The translations under genes were made by a program, and so were the position numbers. From positions 1-64,000 of the IMG/VR virus record IMGVR_UViG_3300049847_000435: a stretch of 64,000 nt of DNA; one strand, given 5' to 3'. The DNA comes from a virus. Shown piece by piece: positions 49,825 through 59,449 of the stretch. Below the pieces are notes generated by a model that was not told where the DNA came from, searched no databases, and was given only the letters and a program-made list of their open reading frames with translations. How positions within the stretch are numbered: the first letter of the stretch is position 1; every line of letters starts with the position of its first letter.

Positions 49825-50314
49825 ACTACCACCCCATACCGAAGAATTACTGAAAGAGTTTCAGAGCGGGACCATGTTCCCATTCTCTGAAACTCTCAAT
49901 CGTGCGGGATTCATTATTAAGAGTGAATTCCTGCCCAGGGCCTACCCAGTCGCAACATTGGTGGTGACTCCCATGTTGTCGATGCAGGAAACCGGTGCCG
50001 TCTTCTACATAAACTTGGTAATCCTCAACCAGTTCAATAAGCAGCTACTTGAAGCCGATTCATTCCTCAACATCGCGAGCGAAGGCGACGAGCGTATCCT
50101 GCGCTCGCTCACTAATCAGGACACACTCGACTTCCATTTTTACGATCAATCTGTAGAGTACAAAGGTTCCAAGCGCATTCGCTGGAATGCTAAAACCGCT
50201 GGCGACATCCGCAATATGATGCGCCAGGCGAGGGAGCACAACGCTACACTGCATACACTGGACTTTCCAGTAGCGCGCACGGCGTTGATGGAACAACTGG
50301 AAGACGGTCGATAA
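49811..50314 (+). CDS. Hypothetical protein
   Basis: Last ORF of the plus-strand block. Confidence 0.55.
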   Translation: MVMNKLPPHTEELLKEFQSGTMFPFSETLNRAGFIIKSEFLPRAYPVATLVVTPMLSMQETGAVFYINLVILNQFNKQLLEADSFLNIASEGDERILRSLTNQDTLDFHFYDQSVEYKGSKRIRWNAKTAGDIRNMMRQAREHNATLHTLDFPVARTALMEQLEDGR

Positions 50315-50345
50315 ATTCCCAAACGATCTGTGTAATTGATTCAAT

Positions 50346-50384
50346 AAAAAAGAGAGTGACGCAGATGATCGTCACTCTCTTTTT
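50346..50384. terminator. Bidirectional terminator
   Basis: AAAAAAGAGAGTGACG...CGTCACTCTCTTTTT between convergent genes. Confidence 0.8.
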
Positions 50385-50391
50385 GTTAGGC

Positions 50392-50415
50392 AAATACGAA
50401 AACGTTTTCGTATTT
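50392..50415. repeat. 24-bp palindrome, copy 3
   Basis: AAATACGAAAACGTTTTCGTATTT. Confidence 0.95.
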
Positions 50416-51047
50416 CATTTCATCGATACAGCACCCATTGCATCAGGCACGCGCTCGAACTCGCCATAGTGCCACCAATTGATTACGTTGAGTTCTCCAC
50501 GATCAGCGCGTGGAGGCAAAACAATCGGCGACGCGTCGAGCAATGCCTTGTACAAGGATTGTACTATCTCGACATCTGACGTGCAATACGCTACAGCCTT
50601 CCGAAAGTCCTCATCACTGCCACTGCGCAACCATTCGGCGGCACCTTGCCCATCCGCCAACTTTGAGCGACCAAGCGTAGCTTCGCTCACCACGCCCAGT
50701 CCATACCAGCGCCCTGTATGATTCCGAATTTCGGCAAACAGATCGAACGTCTGGATCGTTTCGTGCTCAATCTCCAGTACATTCCAGCCTGCCTTTTTAG
50801 CGTTATTGATGATGACTGGGATGTCGAAATGATTAATGTTCCATCCACAAATCTCTGCGCCGGACCAGACGAGATAGTTGTACAGATCGATAATCTGATC
50901 CTTCGTCCATACCCGCGGCGACGACTCGTTGTCGTCAATCGTGACTGCGATACCGAATTCCATCGCGGCGATTTGCTGGTCGCGTGGAAGGGACTTGATA
51001 TGCTCGTCTTGGAAAAATGTTGTGGTTTCGATGTCTAAGAAAATCAT
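50415..51047 (-). CDS. RNase H-like / DnaQ-type 3'-5' exonuclease
   Basis: FLDIET, GWN..HFD, YCTSDV. Confidence 0.8.
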   Translation of the reverse strand: MIFLDIETTTFFQDEHIKSLPRDQQIAAMEFGIAVTIDDNESSPRVWTKDQIIDLYNYLVWSGAEICGWNINHFDIPVIINNAKKAGWNVLEIEHETIQTFDLFAEIRNHTGRWYGLGVVSEATLGRSKLADGQGAAEWLRSGSDEDFRKAVAYCTSDVEIVQSLYKALLDASPIVLPPRADRGELNVINWWHYGEFERVPDAMGAVSMK

Positions 51048-51070
51048 TGACTCCTCCAAAAATATAGGTT

Positions 51071-51116
51071 TACCCCCTTTCAAATGCGAAAACGTTTTCG
51101 TATTTGAAAGGGGGTA
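51071..51116. repeat. 24-bp palindrome, copy 4 (extended to 46 bp, one mismatch)
   Basis: TACCCCCTTTCAAATGCGAAAAC|GTTTTCGTATTTGAAAGGGGGTA. Confidence 0.95.
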
Positions 51117-51154
51117 GGGGGGGGGAACATCAATGGGGGTCTACCCCTTAACAC

Positions 51155-51254
51155 CGTTCGGTGAGCGTTCGTTTTGCCGTTCGGTGGCGTTCGTTCGGCG
51201 TTCGCTACCGGAGAAAACACCCCCCTCTGCTCGTTACCGAACGAACGCCGAACG
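51155..51254. repeat. Cluster of CGTTCG / CGAACG repeats
   Basis: Six direct and three inverted copies within 100 bp. Confidence 0.75.
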
Positions 51255-51490
51255 GCGATCCCCAACTATGTGAAATACTTATCGATCATGTCTCGCAAAT
51301 GCGGGGATTGAATTTGACCAATGTACTGATTGATCTCCTCCAGAATACTCATTACATCATCAAGCAACTCGTCGTTTGATTTCTGGAGAACTTCATTTCT
51401 TTCCAGCAAATCTGAAATGCGCTCGCTTAAACCTTTCGTTTCCGAATACTGATTGTCCATTACGTATCCTTTCTTTTTAGTGAATCACTC

Positions 51491-51518
51491 CCAAATACGA
51501 AAACGTTTTCGTATTTGG
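51491..51518. repeat. 24-bp palindrome, copy 5
   Basis: CCAAATACGAAAACGTTTTCGTATTTGG. Confidence 0.95.
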
Positions 51519-51549
51519 CATAGGAGTCAACTCCTATGCCAAATACATC

Positions 51550-52635
51550 TTACTTACCGGTGGTCGCTCCCGCCTCTGCCGCCTTCTTATCAATTCCATA
51601 CTTCGCCTTTATTGCCTCACCATTCGCGGTAAGAGAATCGGCGAGCGAATCGCACTCATCATCTGATAGCTCGACGATAGTGGAACGAATCTGCGTCTTG
51701 TTTTTCCTGCACCAGCCCACCACCAAGTAGGTGGTGGCGCTTGCCGATTCCGCGCCAAACAATTTATCGATGGTATTGATTAGCCGGTCAATCGCCGGGC
51801 TTTGTCGGGGAGCGCCATCGAATGGGTTGTCGCCATCTTCACTAAATTCCCCAGCGAGATCGTCGCCAACAATCTCGCCAGTATCGCCGTCTACGAAAGT
51901 ATACATCGACTCATGGCTGGCGCTGGATTGCGCAGGCAGCAACGCAAAGGCTTCGTTGCGCATCGCCAGTAACTTGCGCTGTACCCATTCTGGGTCTGGT
52001 TCCAGAAACAGAAGATTCTTTACGCGTCGCACCCGCTTTCCGTCGTCCCCTGGGGTGCTGATTTCCTTTTTACGGCGAGTGAGCAGGAACGGCACGCCAT
52101 TCAGACTGCCGCGAACGCCATGAGCCGCCTGAAGATTTTGCGTCAGTTGGATGATATCGTAAACGGAATGCGTCTCCACAATCACATACGCCAGACGTGC
52201 GAGTTCTGGAATGATCACATAGAGCCTTCCCACCTGCTTGCAACCACATTTACCGCCGCATAGACGTTCGCACTGCTTCGGACTCGCTGATGCCTTGCCG
52301 TCCTTCTCGCGTGAAAACGTCTGTATTTCGCTATCGCAGCGACGCTGTAGCCCGCCCGCACTATACTCCTCCATCCACGCCTGAAAGTTGCCGTCTGGCG
52401 TGGGGAATGGGAGCAGGATGCGGATCGACTTGGGCTTATCGCCATAAGCTTTGGCGAACGATTCGACGGCAGCGGCATCCTGGCTATCGAAGCGGAAGTA
52501 ATCCAGGTCTTTCCCGTAGACCTCGTACTTCTTCCCTTCGGCGCTTGTCTTCTGCTGCTTGACATCGCCTTTGCGCAACTTTCCAATGATCGGAAACTGC
52601 GCCGTCTGGTTGATTTGCAAACTCTTAATTGGCAT
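51550..52635 (-). CDS. Gp3-like (recombination directionality factor-like) protein
   Basis: FPIIGKLRKG, DYFRF, RRCD.E, C...C...CGCK.VGRL...IPEL. Confidence 0.6.
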   Translation of the reverse strand: MPIKSLQINQTAQFPIIGKLRKGDVKQQKTSAEGKKYEVYGKDLDYFRFDSQDAAAVESFAKAYGDKPKSIRILLPFPTPDGNFQAWMEEYSAGGLQRRCDSEIQTFSREKDGKASASPKQCERLCGGKCGCKQVGRLYVIIPELARLAYVIVETHSVYDIIQLTQNLQAAHGVRGSLNGVPFLLTRRKKEISTPGDDGKRVRRVKNLLFLEPDPEWVQRKLLAMRNEAFALLPAQSSASHESMYTFVDGDTGEIVGDDLAGEFSEDGDNPFDGAPRQSPAIDRLINTIDKLFGAESASATTYLVVGWCRKNKTQIRSTIVELSDDECDSLADSLTANGEAIKAKYGIDKKAAEAGATTGK

Positions 52636-53626
52636 ATTCGATCCCCTTATTCTCTAAAATGAACTGCTTCACGGTATTGGGTAGCGCCTCCCAAACTTCG
52701 AGCGCCCGCTCCTGGTTTACTGCAATCTGGGCATGCAACTGCATGACACGCCCAGCCTCGTAGCTAGATAAATCTACATACAACGGACTCTTGACGAAGG
52801 CATCCAGGTGCATGGCGATGTCTCGCAACTGAAAGCGCCGCATTCGTTCACGGTCCGCCATCTGCCAGGTCTGACCTTTGTGCCAGAAGATCGACTCTTC
52901 CAGTGGCAGCCCATCCCCCTTGGCGATGCGATAGTAGTAGTCGGTGAATCCCGCCAACTTCATCGGCATATCCACCAGTGCCCACCCAACCTGAGCCATT
53001 ACCCACTGAAACTGCGGCAACGTGACCGGGATGACTTCGAGCGGGGTCAAGCGAACGTGCTGGCTCATGCCATGATGCCAATAGCCAGCCACGCGAGCGC
53101 GATTGCCTTCGCCATGCCAGTCGTAATCCCGCTCAATGAGGAGATCGACAAATTCTCCCGGCACTTGCTCGATGATAGGTTGCAGGTACGCCAGTAATCC
53201 TGGGTGACGGTCGCCTTGCCAGTTGGTCTTGAGTGCAACCGCCAATCGATGCTGGCAAAGCTTGCCGAATGTCGGCACGATCGGCGCTTGCTCATCACGA
53301 CAATCGCACCAACCGCCGCGCTTACTGCATTTGTGATTGCCGACCTGCCACAGATCGTTCCCATTGCTGTCAGCCTCCACGATGTGATAGAGTCCACCAT
53401 TCAGTACAATCTCCATCGCCTTGCGTGCCCGGCTGCCACCCTTGACGTAGTGAATCTCCGGCCATTTTGCCTCGTACTTTTCGACCAGTTCCAGCAGTGG
53501 TAGCCGGTCAGCTTCAACCCTGGCTTGCTGCTGGCTATCCGCGGCGATCCCTTTCTGTGCTTCCGCCAAGATAGCCGCTTGCGTAGCGTCCCACCCTTGC
53601 TTTTTGAATTCTGCGATAGTGTTCAC
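52625..53626 (-). CDS. SWIM Zn-finger protein
   Basis: CDCRD...LCQH. Confidence 0.6.
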   Translation of the reverse strand: MNTIAEFKKQGWDATQAAILAEAQKGIAADSQQQARVEADRLPLLELVEKYEAKWPEIHYVKGGSRARKAMEIVLNGGLYHIVEADSNGNDLWQVGNHKCSKRGGWCDCRDEQAPIVPTFGKLCQHRLAVALKTNWQGDRHPGLLAYLQPIIEQVPGEFVDLLIERDYDWHGEGNRARVAGYWHHGMSQHVRLTPLEVIPVTLPQFQWVMAQVGWALVDMPMKLAGFTDYYYRIAKGDGLPLEESIFWHKGQTWQMADRERMRRFQLRDIAMHLDAFVKSPLYVDLSSYEAGRVMQLHAQIAVNQERALEVWEALPNTVKQFILENKGIEYAN

Positions 53627-53911
53627 TTGACCACCTCCAACAGTTTTTCGATCTCCCTTATCGCCGCTTCCGCCCCGCCACCGAACACATCACGCATTGG
53701 ACGAGATTGGAGCAGGCACAACATCACGCTTAAATTAGATTTCACCGTCGCTCGGCTGTCCGTTTGAATGCCATAGTCTTGCACATTCAAACTCTGCTTG
53801 TGCCCAGATTTGCGCGAGCGATTTTGTTTCATTTTTACCATAATTATTTACCGAGAATTGAACCTCGTGCACCCACCGGAACTTATCAGCAGCGAGCGCA
53901 CGAGGATTGAA

Positions 53912-54286
53912 CTACCCAACGAACAGACTGCACGACAGAGCGTAGCGCGCCGCCTTCGTCAACCCCTTATACAATCGCTTGCGCAATACCTCTCTGTGCG
54001 CAGCGGCCTTGCTCTCGTAATCGCCAGGCAGAGCGATCTGGATATCCAACCGCTCTGATTTCCACGCGCTGTACACGCGTGGGTCAAGCGTTTCGGGGTC
54101 GGGAGTTTGCCGGGTGAAGCCCAACGCGGACAATTGACCCTCAACCTCGCCCAGCTTCTCCACAGGCACGCAAATCAACATATCGATGTCATTTGCGTAG
54201 ACGTTGCCATACGCGGCAGAGCCGATTAGAATCGGGCTGTAGGGACGCATGAGCGCCAGGGACTGCGAAGAGATAAGGCTTTTCAT
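53912..54286 (-). CDS. Minimal nucleotidyltransferase-fold protein
   Basis: IGSAAY....NDIDM, LDIQI. Confidence 0.65.
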   Translation of the reverse strand: MKSLISSQSLALMRPYSPILIGSAAYGNVYANDIDMLICVPVEKLGEVEGQLSALGFTRQTPDPETLDPRVYSAWKSERLDIQIALPGDYESKAAAHREVLRKRLYKGLTKAARYALSCSLFVG

Positions 54287-54498
54287 TTCGGCTTTACCTC
54301 CTTCTTGTTGGTGTCCCCGCTTCCGGCAGTCTGCGCCTGGGACGTCGCGTCTCTCTTACCCTCATTCAACGCACCGTTCAGGATGACCGTCGATGTCCCC
54401 TTCGGCGTGATCTTCCCAACCATCACCACAAGTGTCGCCATTTCTTCCCCCTTACATTATTCCAGCCATCGCGTTAGATAACAACGGCTGGAATTAAT

Positions 54499-55095
54499 TT
54501 ATGCCCCTGCAAGGGCGACATTTGGATTAGAGATAGAAAAGTAGCCGCGGCGCTGTTCGTCGTGCCACAGCTTCACCGGCGACTGCTGGGACTGCGCTAG
54601 CGCAACGCCCTCGGCGAATAGTTGCGCGTCCACCAAGTTACCCTGATTCTGCGCAAGCATATCGCGCAGAATGGCGACCATACCCGCGCCCTTGGCGCTG
54701 TGCGTTTTGGCATGATCCTCGTCGAGGTTGATCTCGACACCTTGCTCGTCTGAGATTTGTTGAATAAGCTCCAAGAGCGGAAACATGCGCGCTTCGTGTG
54801 CTCCAAACTTCGTCACGAATCCGCTGTTTTTTCGTGGCTCCAGGCAAATGACGATATTGCCGTTGTGGCGGTCGTAGATGGTGGCTTGGAGATGACCGGG
54901 CTTGATCGATTCGCTCGCGGTAACATAGAAGCGGGCAATAGTGCCAGCCTTCACGCCAGCCAGGTAGAGCTGATCCGCTTCGGGGTCGTCACTGGGTTGG
55001 AAGGTGTGTCCGGGGTGATTGAAGGGATTGATTCGGCGCGGGTCATGCGTGAGGTAGGTTTGAACGGCTGCACCGAGTGTGGTAGAATTCTGCAT
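54499..55095 (-). CDS. Hypothetical early protein
   Basis: AAGGAG RBS; TTGACA-N17-TACAAT promoter near 55196-55224. Confidence 0.6.
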   Translation of the reverse strand: MQNSTTLGAAVQTYLTHDPRRINPFNHPGHTFQPSDDPEADQLYLAGVKAGTIARFYVTASESIKPGHLQATIYDRHNGNIVICLEPRKNSGFVTKFGAHEARMFPLLELIQQISDEQGVEINLDEDHAKTHSAKGAGMVAILRDMLAQNQGNLVDAQLFAEGVALAQSQQSPVKLWHDEQRRGYFSISNPNVALAGA

Positions 55096-55389
55096 GATAA
55101 CTCTCCTTGTGAGATTATCGACACGGGAACGCTTGGCGAAACTTTCCACGGTAGAGCCAAGCGTTCCTTTTATACGAGTAAAGCAATGCAATACAATTGT
55201 AACACTACAGATTACTTTTGTCAAGCTGTAATTTAATTTAAATTCACTAATCTGTATACAACACGAGTGATTGGGCTCGACAAGCCACCCACTCGTTGTC
55301 GAGCGGTAAACGGGAAGAGAGCGGGGAAACCAGGGAAACTGAGGAAAATTGGATCGAGATATTGCTTTTACCGCTAGACCGGGTGGCAT

Positions 55390-55419
55390 TTCAAATACGA
55401 AAACGTTTTCGTATTTGAA
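55390..55419. repeat. 24-bp palindrome, copy 6
   Basis: TTCAAATACGAAAACGTTTTCGTATTTGAA. Confidence 0.95.
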
Positions 55420-55487
55420 GAAAAAAAAGAAGCGACCATCGCTTAGACTGTCGCTTCTGAGTAGAAAACATAGGATACCTTATCTAC

Positions 55488-56291
55488 TTATGGATAAGGT
55501 ACGGTAGCCTTGCAGGTTACATAGACCTCGTTTTCTCCACGCCTTTTTCTATCAATAACCACACCATCAATGGAGATGATGCACGATGGTGGATTACCCA
55601 TATCTGTATCAGCGATTCTAAGACGAAGCATAATGCCGCGCGTCGATACGAAAGAGTACTCCCACGACGAATTCACGTCATCTACCGTTATCTTCGGCAT
55701 TGCGCCGACCTGATACTCTACCGACGAGTACACCGCCTCACCGCTCTCGCTCTCAATGCGAAATTGTATTGCGTGAGGCATTTCCGTTGGGGTTTGTGTT
55801 GGTGTCGGGGTCAGCGTCGGAATGGGTGTCTGCGTGCGCGTCATACTTGGTGAGGGCGTGACAGTTAGCGTAGGTGTAATCGTCGGCGTTGGAGTAACCG
55901 TTGGTGTTGGCGTATCTAGCCAGCCTGCGCCACTACAAATAGTAGGCACAGGCGTTAGAATCTTTTCATTCGCTAAATCCCTGAGTTCCTTCATGCCCCC
56001 ATAATGCGTTTGCGCTACGTAGTAGCTAAACGATAGTTTCTCGACTAACTCGTAGTCATCGCATCGAGATCGATGGGCGGCAATCTCGTCAAAATATTTG
56101 AGGTTTTGAGGCTGATCCAATTTATTATTCTCGTTAAGAGCGCCGAGGGTGCCGAAAACAAGCGTAACTATCAAAAAAGTCACTATGAAGGGGAATTTAG
56201 ATTTTTTTCGCTTCGATCTAGTAAGGCGATATTGACTCATGGGTAGTGGGCGCTCCTGGGAGGAATTAGTTCCGTTGCTGGATAGAATCAA
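55488..56291 (-). CDS. Membrane-anchored protein with a PT linker and MmpS-like C-terminal domain
   Basis: TM helix, (TP)n linker, SCIISIDGVV...VTC. Confidence 0.6.
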   Translation of the reverse strand: MILSSNGTNSSQERPLPMSQYRLTRSKRKKSKFPFIVTFLIVTLVFGTLGALNENNKLDQPQNLKYFDEIAAHRSRCDDYELVEKLSFSYYVAQTHYGGMKELRDLANEKILTPVPTICSGAGWLDTPTPTVTPTPTITPTLTVTPSPSMTRTQTPIPTLTPTPTQTPTEMPHAIQFRIESESGEAVYSSVEYQVGAMPKITVDDVNSSWEYSFVSTRGIMLRLRIADTDMGNPPSCIISIDGVVIDRKRRGENEVYVTCKATVPYP

Positions 56292-56312
56292 TCAATACAG
56301 CACTATTGATCA

Positions 56313-57029
56313 TCACTCTTTATCTATATCTCCCCCAAGTAGCTCGAATGTTGCTAGCGCCTCTATAAATGCGTTCTTTTCCTGAGCAGTGATAACGTAG
56401 TCGAAAATTTCAGTCCTGCCATAAAATCGGATTTTCGTGATTTTAGCCTTTGCCACCGCTTGCAACATTTTCATACTCGACTTTCCAGACAGCCCAATAT
56501 CATTACTTTCGTAAACATTGCCAGCGCCAAAATCTAACTTCGCATCAAGTGTGTTGAATTTCAAAGTAAATTTCTCGCCATCAGCAACAATGGTGCAATT
56601 GTCGAACATGGTAGCTTTTTCGCTGACCAAAAATACGCTGAAGCGAATCCATACATCGTCCCCGTCCGTTCCTATATATGGATAAATAGCCCCATCATCC
56701 TGCAATATCGTAAATTTGCTAGTGTAGAATGTGTTTCCGCTGAATTCGTCCTTACTTTTCTCTACCCTACTCAAGGCGTCCGGCATAAGCTCTGCCCAAT
56801 ACCCACCTTCGACAACTGGCTTTTTTGTAACATCCACTGGCTTTCCGACCAAGACACCCCTGGCGACAGTTGAGGCGGAGACAACTACGCCGTCCTCAAC
56901 TTCTACCGAGAGGGTGATTATTTTCCCATTGGTGATTACTGGTATTTCGTAGGTGTCAGCCAAAGCAACACTACTGAAAATGAAAATCAGAAACATTGAA
57001 CAGAGAGAAACTGCAAGTGTCTTTCTCAT
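56313..57029 (-). CDS. Secreted protein
   Basis: Signal peptide ending in ALA-D. Confidence 0.65.
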   Translation of the reverse strand: MRKTLAVSLCSMFLIFIFSSVALADTYEIPVITNGKIITLSVEVEDGVVVSASTVARGVLVGKPVDVTKKPVVEGGYWAELMPDALSRVEKSKDEFSGNTFYTSKFTILQDDGAIYPYIGTDGDDVWIRFSVFLVSEKATMFDNCTIVADGEKFTLKFNTLDAKLDFGAGNVYESNDIGLSGKSSMKMLQAVAKAKITKIRFYGRTEIFDYVITAQEKNAFIEALATFELLGGDIDKE

Positions 57030-57185
57030 ATGAAACTTCCTTTTTCGACTATGGGATTAAGTAAATTTAGCATGGCGGCGAGACCGCTTGCGGTAACATT
57101 AACATGTTGAGACTTATTTCAAAACTGACATTTGACGTATATATCACCAATCAATACAATTACTTGCAAATATAAACTTCATACT

Positions 57186-57214
57186 TGACGAAAGTAAACC
57201 TATCAAGTATACTG
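57186..57214 (+). promoter_or_regulatory. Sigma70-type promoter for the HTH regulator
   Basis: TTGACG-N17-TATACT; a second TTGACG-N17-TACAAT at about 57132. Confidence 0.65.
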
Positions 57215-57258
57215 ACTAAAGTTGCAGATTTTTTACTAAATGGGATACTGGAGGGGAT

Positions 57259-57495
57259 GTGATAGATAAATACAAGGTGCTTGAATTCATGGCACGAAAA
57301 CGAATCTCCAAGCAGACGGAGCTAGCTAGCCGTCTTGGAGTAACTAGACAGTCCTTGTCAAACTGGCTGACGGGCAAAGATAAGCCAACAACCGACAATC
57401 TAATCGCGCTGTGCCAAGAGCTAGAATGCACATTCGACGACATTGTCATAATCCCAAAAGGTGACGCCCCGGTTTTGGCTTTGTCACCAGCATGA
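57259..57495 (+). CDS. Xre/Cro-type HTH regulator
   Basis: QTELASRLGVTRQSLSNWLTG..KP....L..LCQ.L. Confidence 0.88.
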   Translation: MIDKYKVLEFMARKRISKQTELASRLGVTRQSLSNWLTGKDKPTTDNLIALCQELECTFDDIVIIPKGDAPVLALSPA

Positions 57496-57868
57496 AAGAA
57501 TCGGGGCTAAAAAAAAGAAAAGCTCACTGCGAGAACAGTGAGCCTTCCTTTAACCCTGATAGGTTCAGTCACCCTTTAGCCAACCATCAACAATTGTCAG
57601 ATGACAGATCGTTGATAGTGCGGTAAGATGAGTGACCCATATACAAATTGACTATCTCTCAACTTGGACGAAGGAAGATAGTCAATCGCCTAACACGCGT
57701 AGTGCGTGGTTGGTTACTATTGAGATTCTTCGTAGTGACCACGTAATCAGCCACTTCCTGACTAGTATCACCAATTCATCATACATACTGCACATTAAAA
57801 ACATAGTTACAAAACGTTTACGTTTTGGTACAGAGACGATTGTGGTTTGGCGCACGTCTCCATACCAA

Positions 57869-57926
57869 TGGTGGGCTGTGCTTCACCAGGGACTTGAACC
57901 CTGAACCCGATGATTAAGAGTCAGCT
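57869..57926 (-). mobile_element. attP-like site: 3' half of tRNA-Lys(CTT)
   Basis: GCTGA-CTCTTAA-TCATC, CAGGG-TTCAAGT-CCCTG, ...GCCCACCA, 60 bp downstream of the integrase; no tRNA 5' half. Confidence 0.8.
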
Positions 57927-57985
57927 ATTTTGCGGTTTACCAACCAAAACACTTGACCCTTCACAGCAGAGCAGATGACTAAAAA

Positions 57986-58903
57986 TCATGTGCTCTGGTC
58001 TTTCTGGTTCCTCGTCGCATTATCGTATTCCCGCCGTAAACCGCTCGAAACCCACTTTGCATATTTCGCCGCCGTGAACGAAACCGACGTGTGCCCCATC
58101 GCACTGCTTACAGCGCTGAGCGCCATTCCGTTATTCAATCGTTCAATCGCGTATAGGTGCCTGATCGAGTGCGGATTGATTTGCGGGATACCAGCATCCA
58201 CACATCGGCGATTGAGCATTTGACGCACGCCGTTCGGTAATAGCCCTACTGAGTAATACGAACTCTGACCCCCAACCGATAACAGTAGCTTTTCGCAGGT
58301 AGTCGCCGGGCGGTTCATAAGATACTCAAGATAGGCAGTCTTGAAGTCTTCGCCAAATGGGCACAGGCGATCTTTCCCGCCTTTGCCATCTCTCACCAGG
58401 ACGAAGCCAGCGACTAGATCAACGTCATTCAGGGAAAGGCTACATGCTTCATTAACGCGTACGCCGGTTGACCAGAGTAACCGAACGACGAACTTGTCAC
58501 GGATATCGGCAAACGAAGACGAACCGATGAATAACAGCAACTTTTTCAGGTGGGTAGGGTCCGCAACTCGCGGTTTGTGTTTCGCAACTTTGGGGGCGTC
58601 GATGTAGTCCACCGGATTATCAAATGTTTGCCGCTTGCGGTGGGATCGCTTTTCGTACCAGCGCATAAAGGCTCGAATAGCTCGAAAGCGTGCATGGATC
58701 GTCGATTCTGATATACCGGTCTTTTGTTGCGCTATAAAAAAGGCTTCTATCGTATCGGGGTCATCAGCCGGTAACCCACACTTATCTATGTAGCGAGAAA
58801 AAGCAGATAGCTGCTGGGCGTACCAATTGACAGTACTGGCGGATAAATGCTTTGCCCGCCGATTTTCGAGGAATAGGTCAATCTCCTGAGATATTTTATT
58901 CAT
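57986..58903 (-). CDS. int: Tyrosine integrase
   Basis: TGVRVNE, GKGGKDR, HSIRH, MGH, catalytic Y; N-terminal core-binding domain. Confidence 0.92.
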   Translation of the reverse strand: MNKISQEIDLFLENRRAKHLSASTVNWYAQQLSAFSRYIDKCGLPADDPDTIEAFFIAQQKTGISESTIHARFRAIRAFMRWYEKRSHRKRQTFDNPVDYIDAPKVAKHKPRVADPTHLKKLLLFIGSSSFADIRDKFVVRLLWSTGVRVNEACSLSLNDVDLVAGFVLVRDGKGGKDRLCPFGEDFKTAYLEYLMNRPATTCEKLLLSVGGQSSYYSVGLLPNGVRQMLNRRCVDAGIPQINPHSIRHLYAIERLNNGMALSAVSSAMGHTSVSFTAAKYAKWVSSGLRREYDNATRNQKDQST

Positions 58904-59173
58904 GGGCCACCTATGGACTAGCCAAGGCGACGCGGAACGCGCCAAACCATATCTAGTCTACGTCAAAAGTATTAAATTGCAAATAATGATTAATGGATGA
59001 TTTAGCAGCGATGAGATGGCGATGTGAGCGTGGCGGGGGAAGTGGAGTACCGCCAGAGGCTAGCTGACAAAATTGTAACAAAAAATGACAGAGGTTAGAA
59101 CGGGCAAATATATTACATTTACTTTCGACTGCCGACAGGTAGCCGAATAAGAAATTTCAAACAGGGGGATAAC

Positions 59174-59443
59174 ATGGCAACTCAAGTATTTCAAGTATTT
59201 CAGGTACTTAAAACACAGTGGTGGGTCGGCGAAAGCGCCGAGGCGGTTGCGGCGAAGGCGGCTCAGGGACTCGGTATGGACGCGTCAGTGGTTTTATCCT
59301 CGACGCGCAAGCTCGAAGATGCGGAGCTTGAAGAGCGTTACTTCCCCTTAGAAGACGAGAGGGTGACGTTCGCCGAAGCGCTGCCGTGGATCGAGCCGTC
59401 CGAGATGCCGCGCGTGTTCGCTCTTAGATATACCAATGACTGA
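59174..59443 (+). CDS. Hypothetical protein
   Basis: GGGGGA RBS. Confidence 0.5.
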   Translation: MATQVFQVFQVLKTQWWVGESAEAVAAKAAQGLGMDASVVLSSTRKLEDAELEERYFPLEDERVTFAEALPWIEPSEMPRVFALRYTND

Positions 59444-59449
59444 GGTGTT

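Noticed and set aside
57869-57960. Complete tRNA-Lys gene
   Set aside because: No proper D arm or matching acceptor 5' strand; interpreted as an att core
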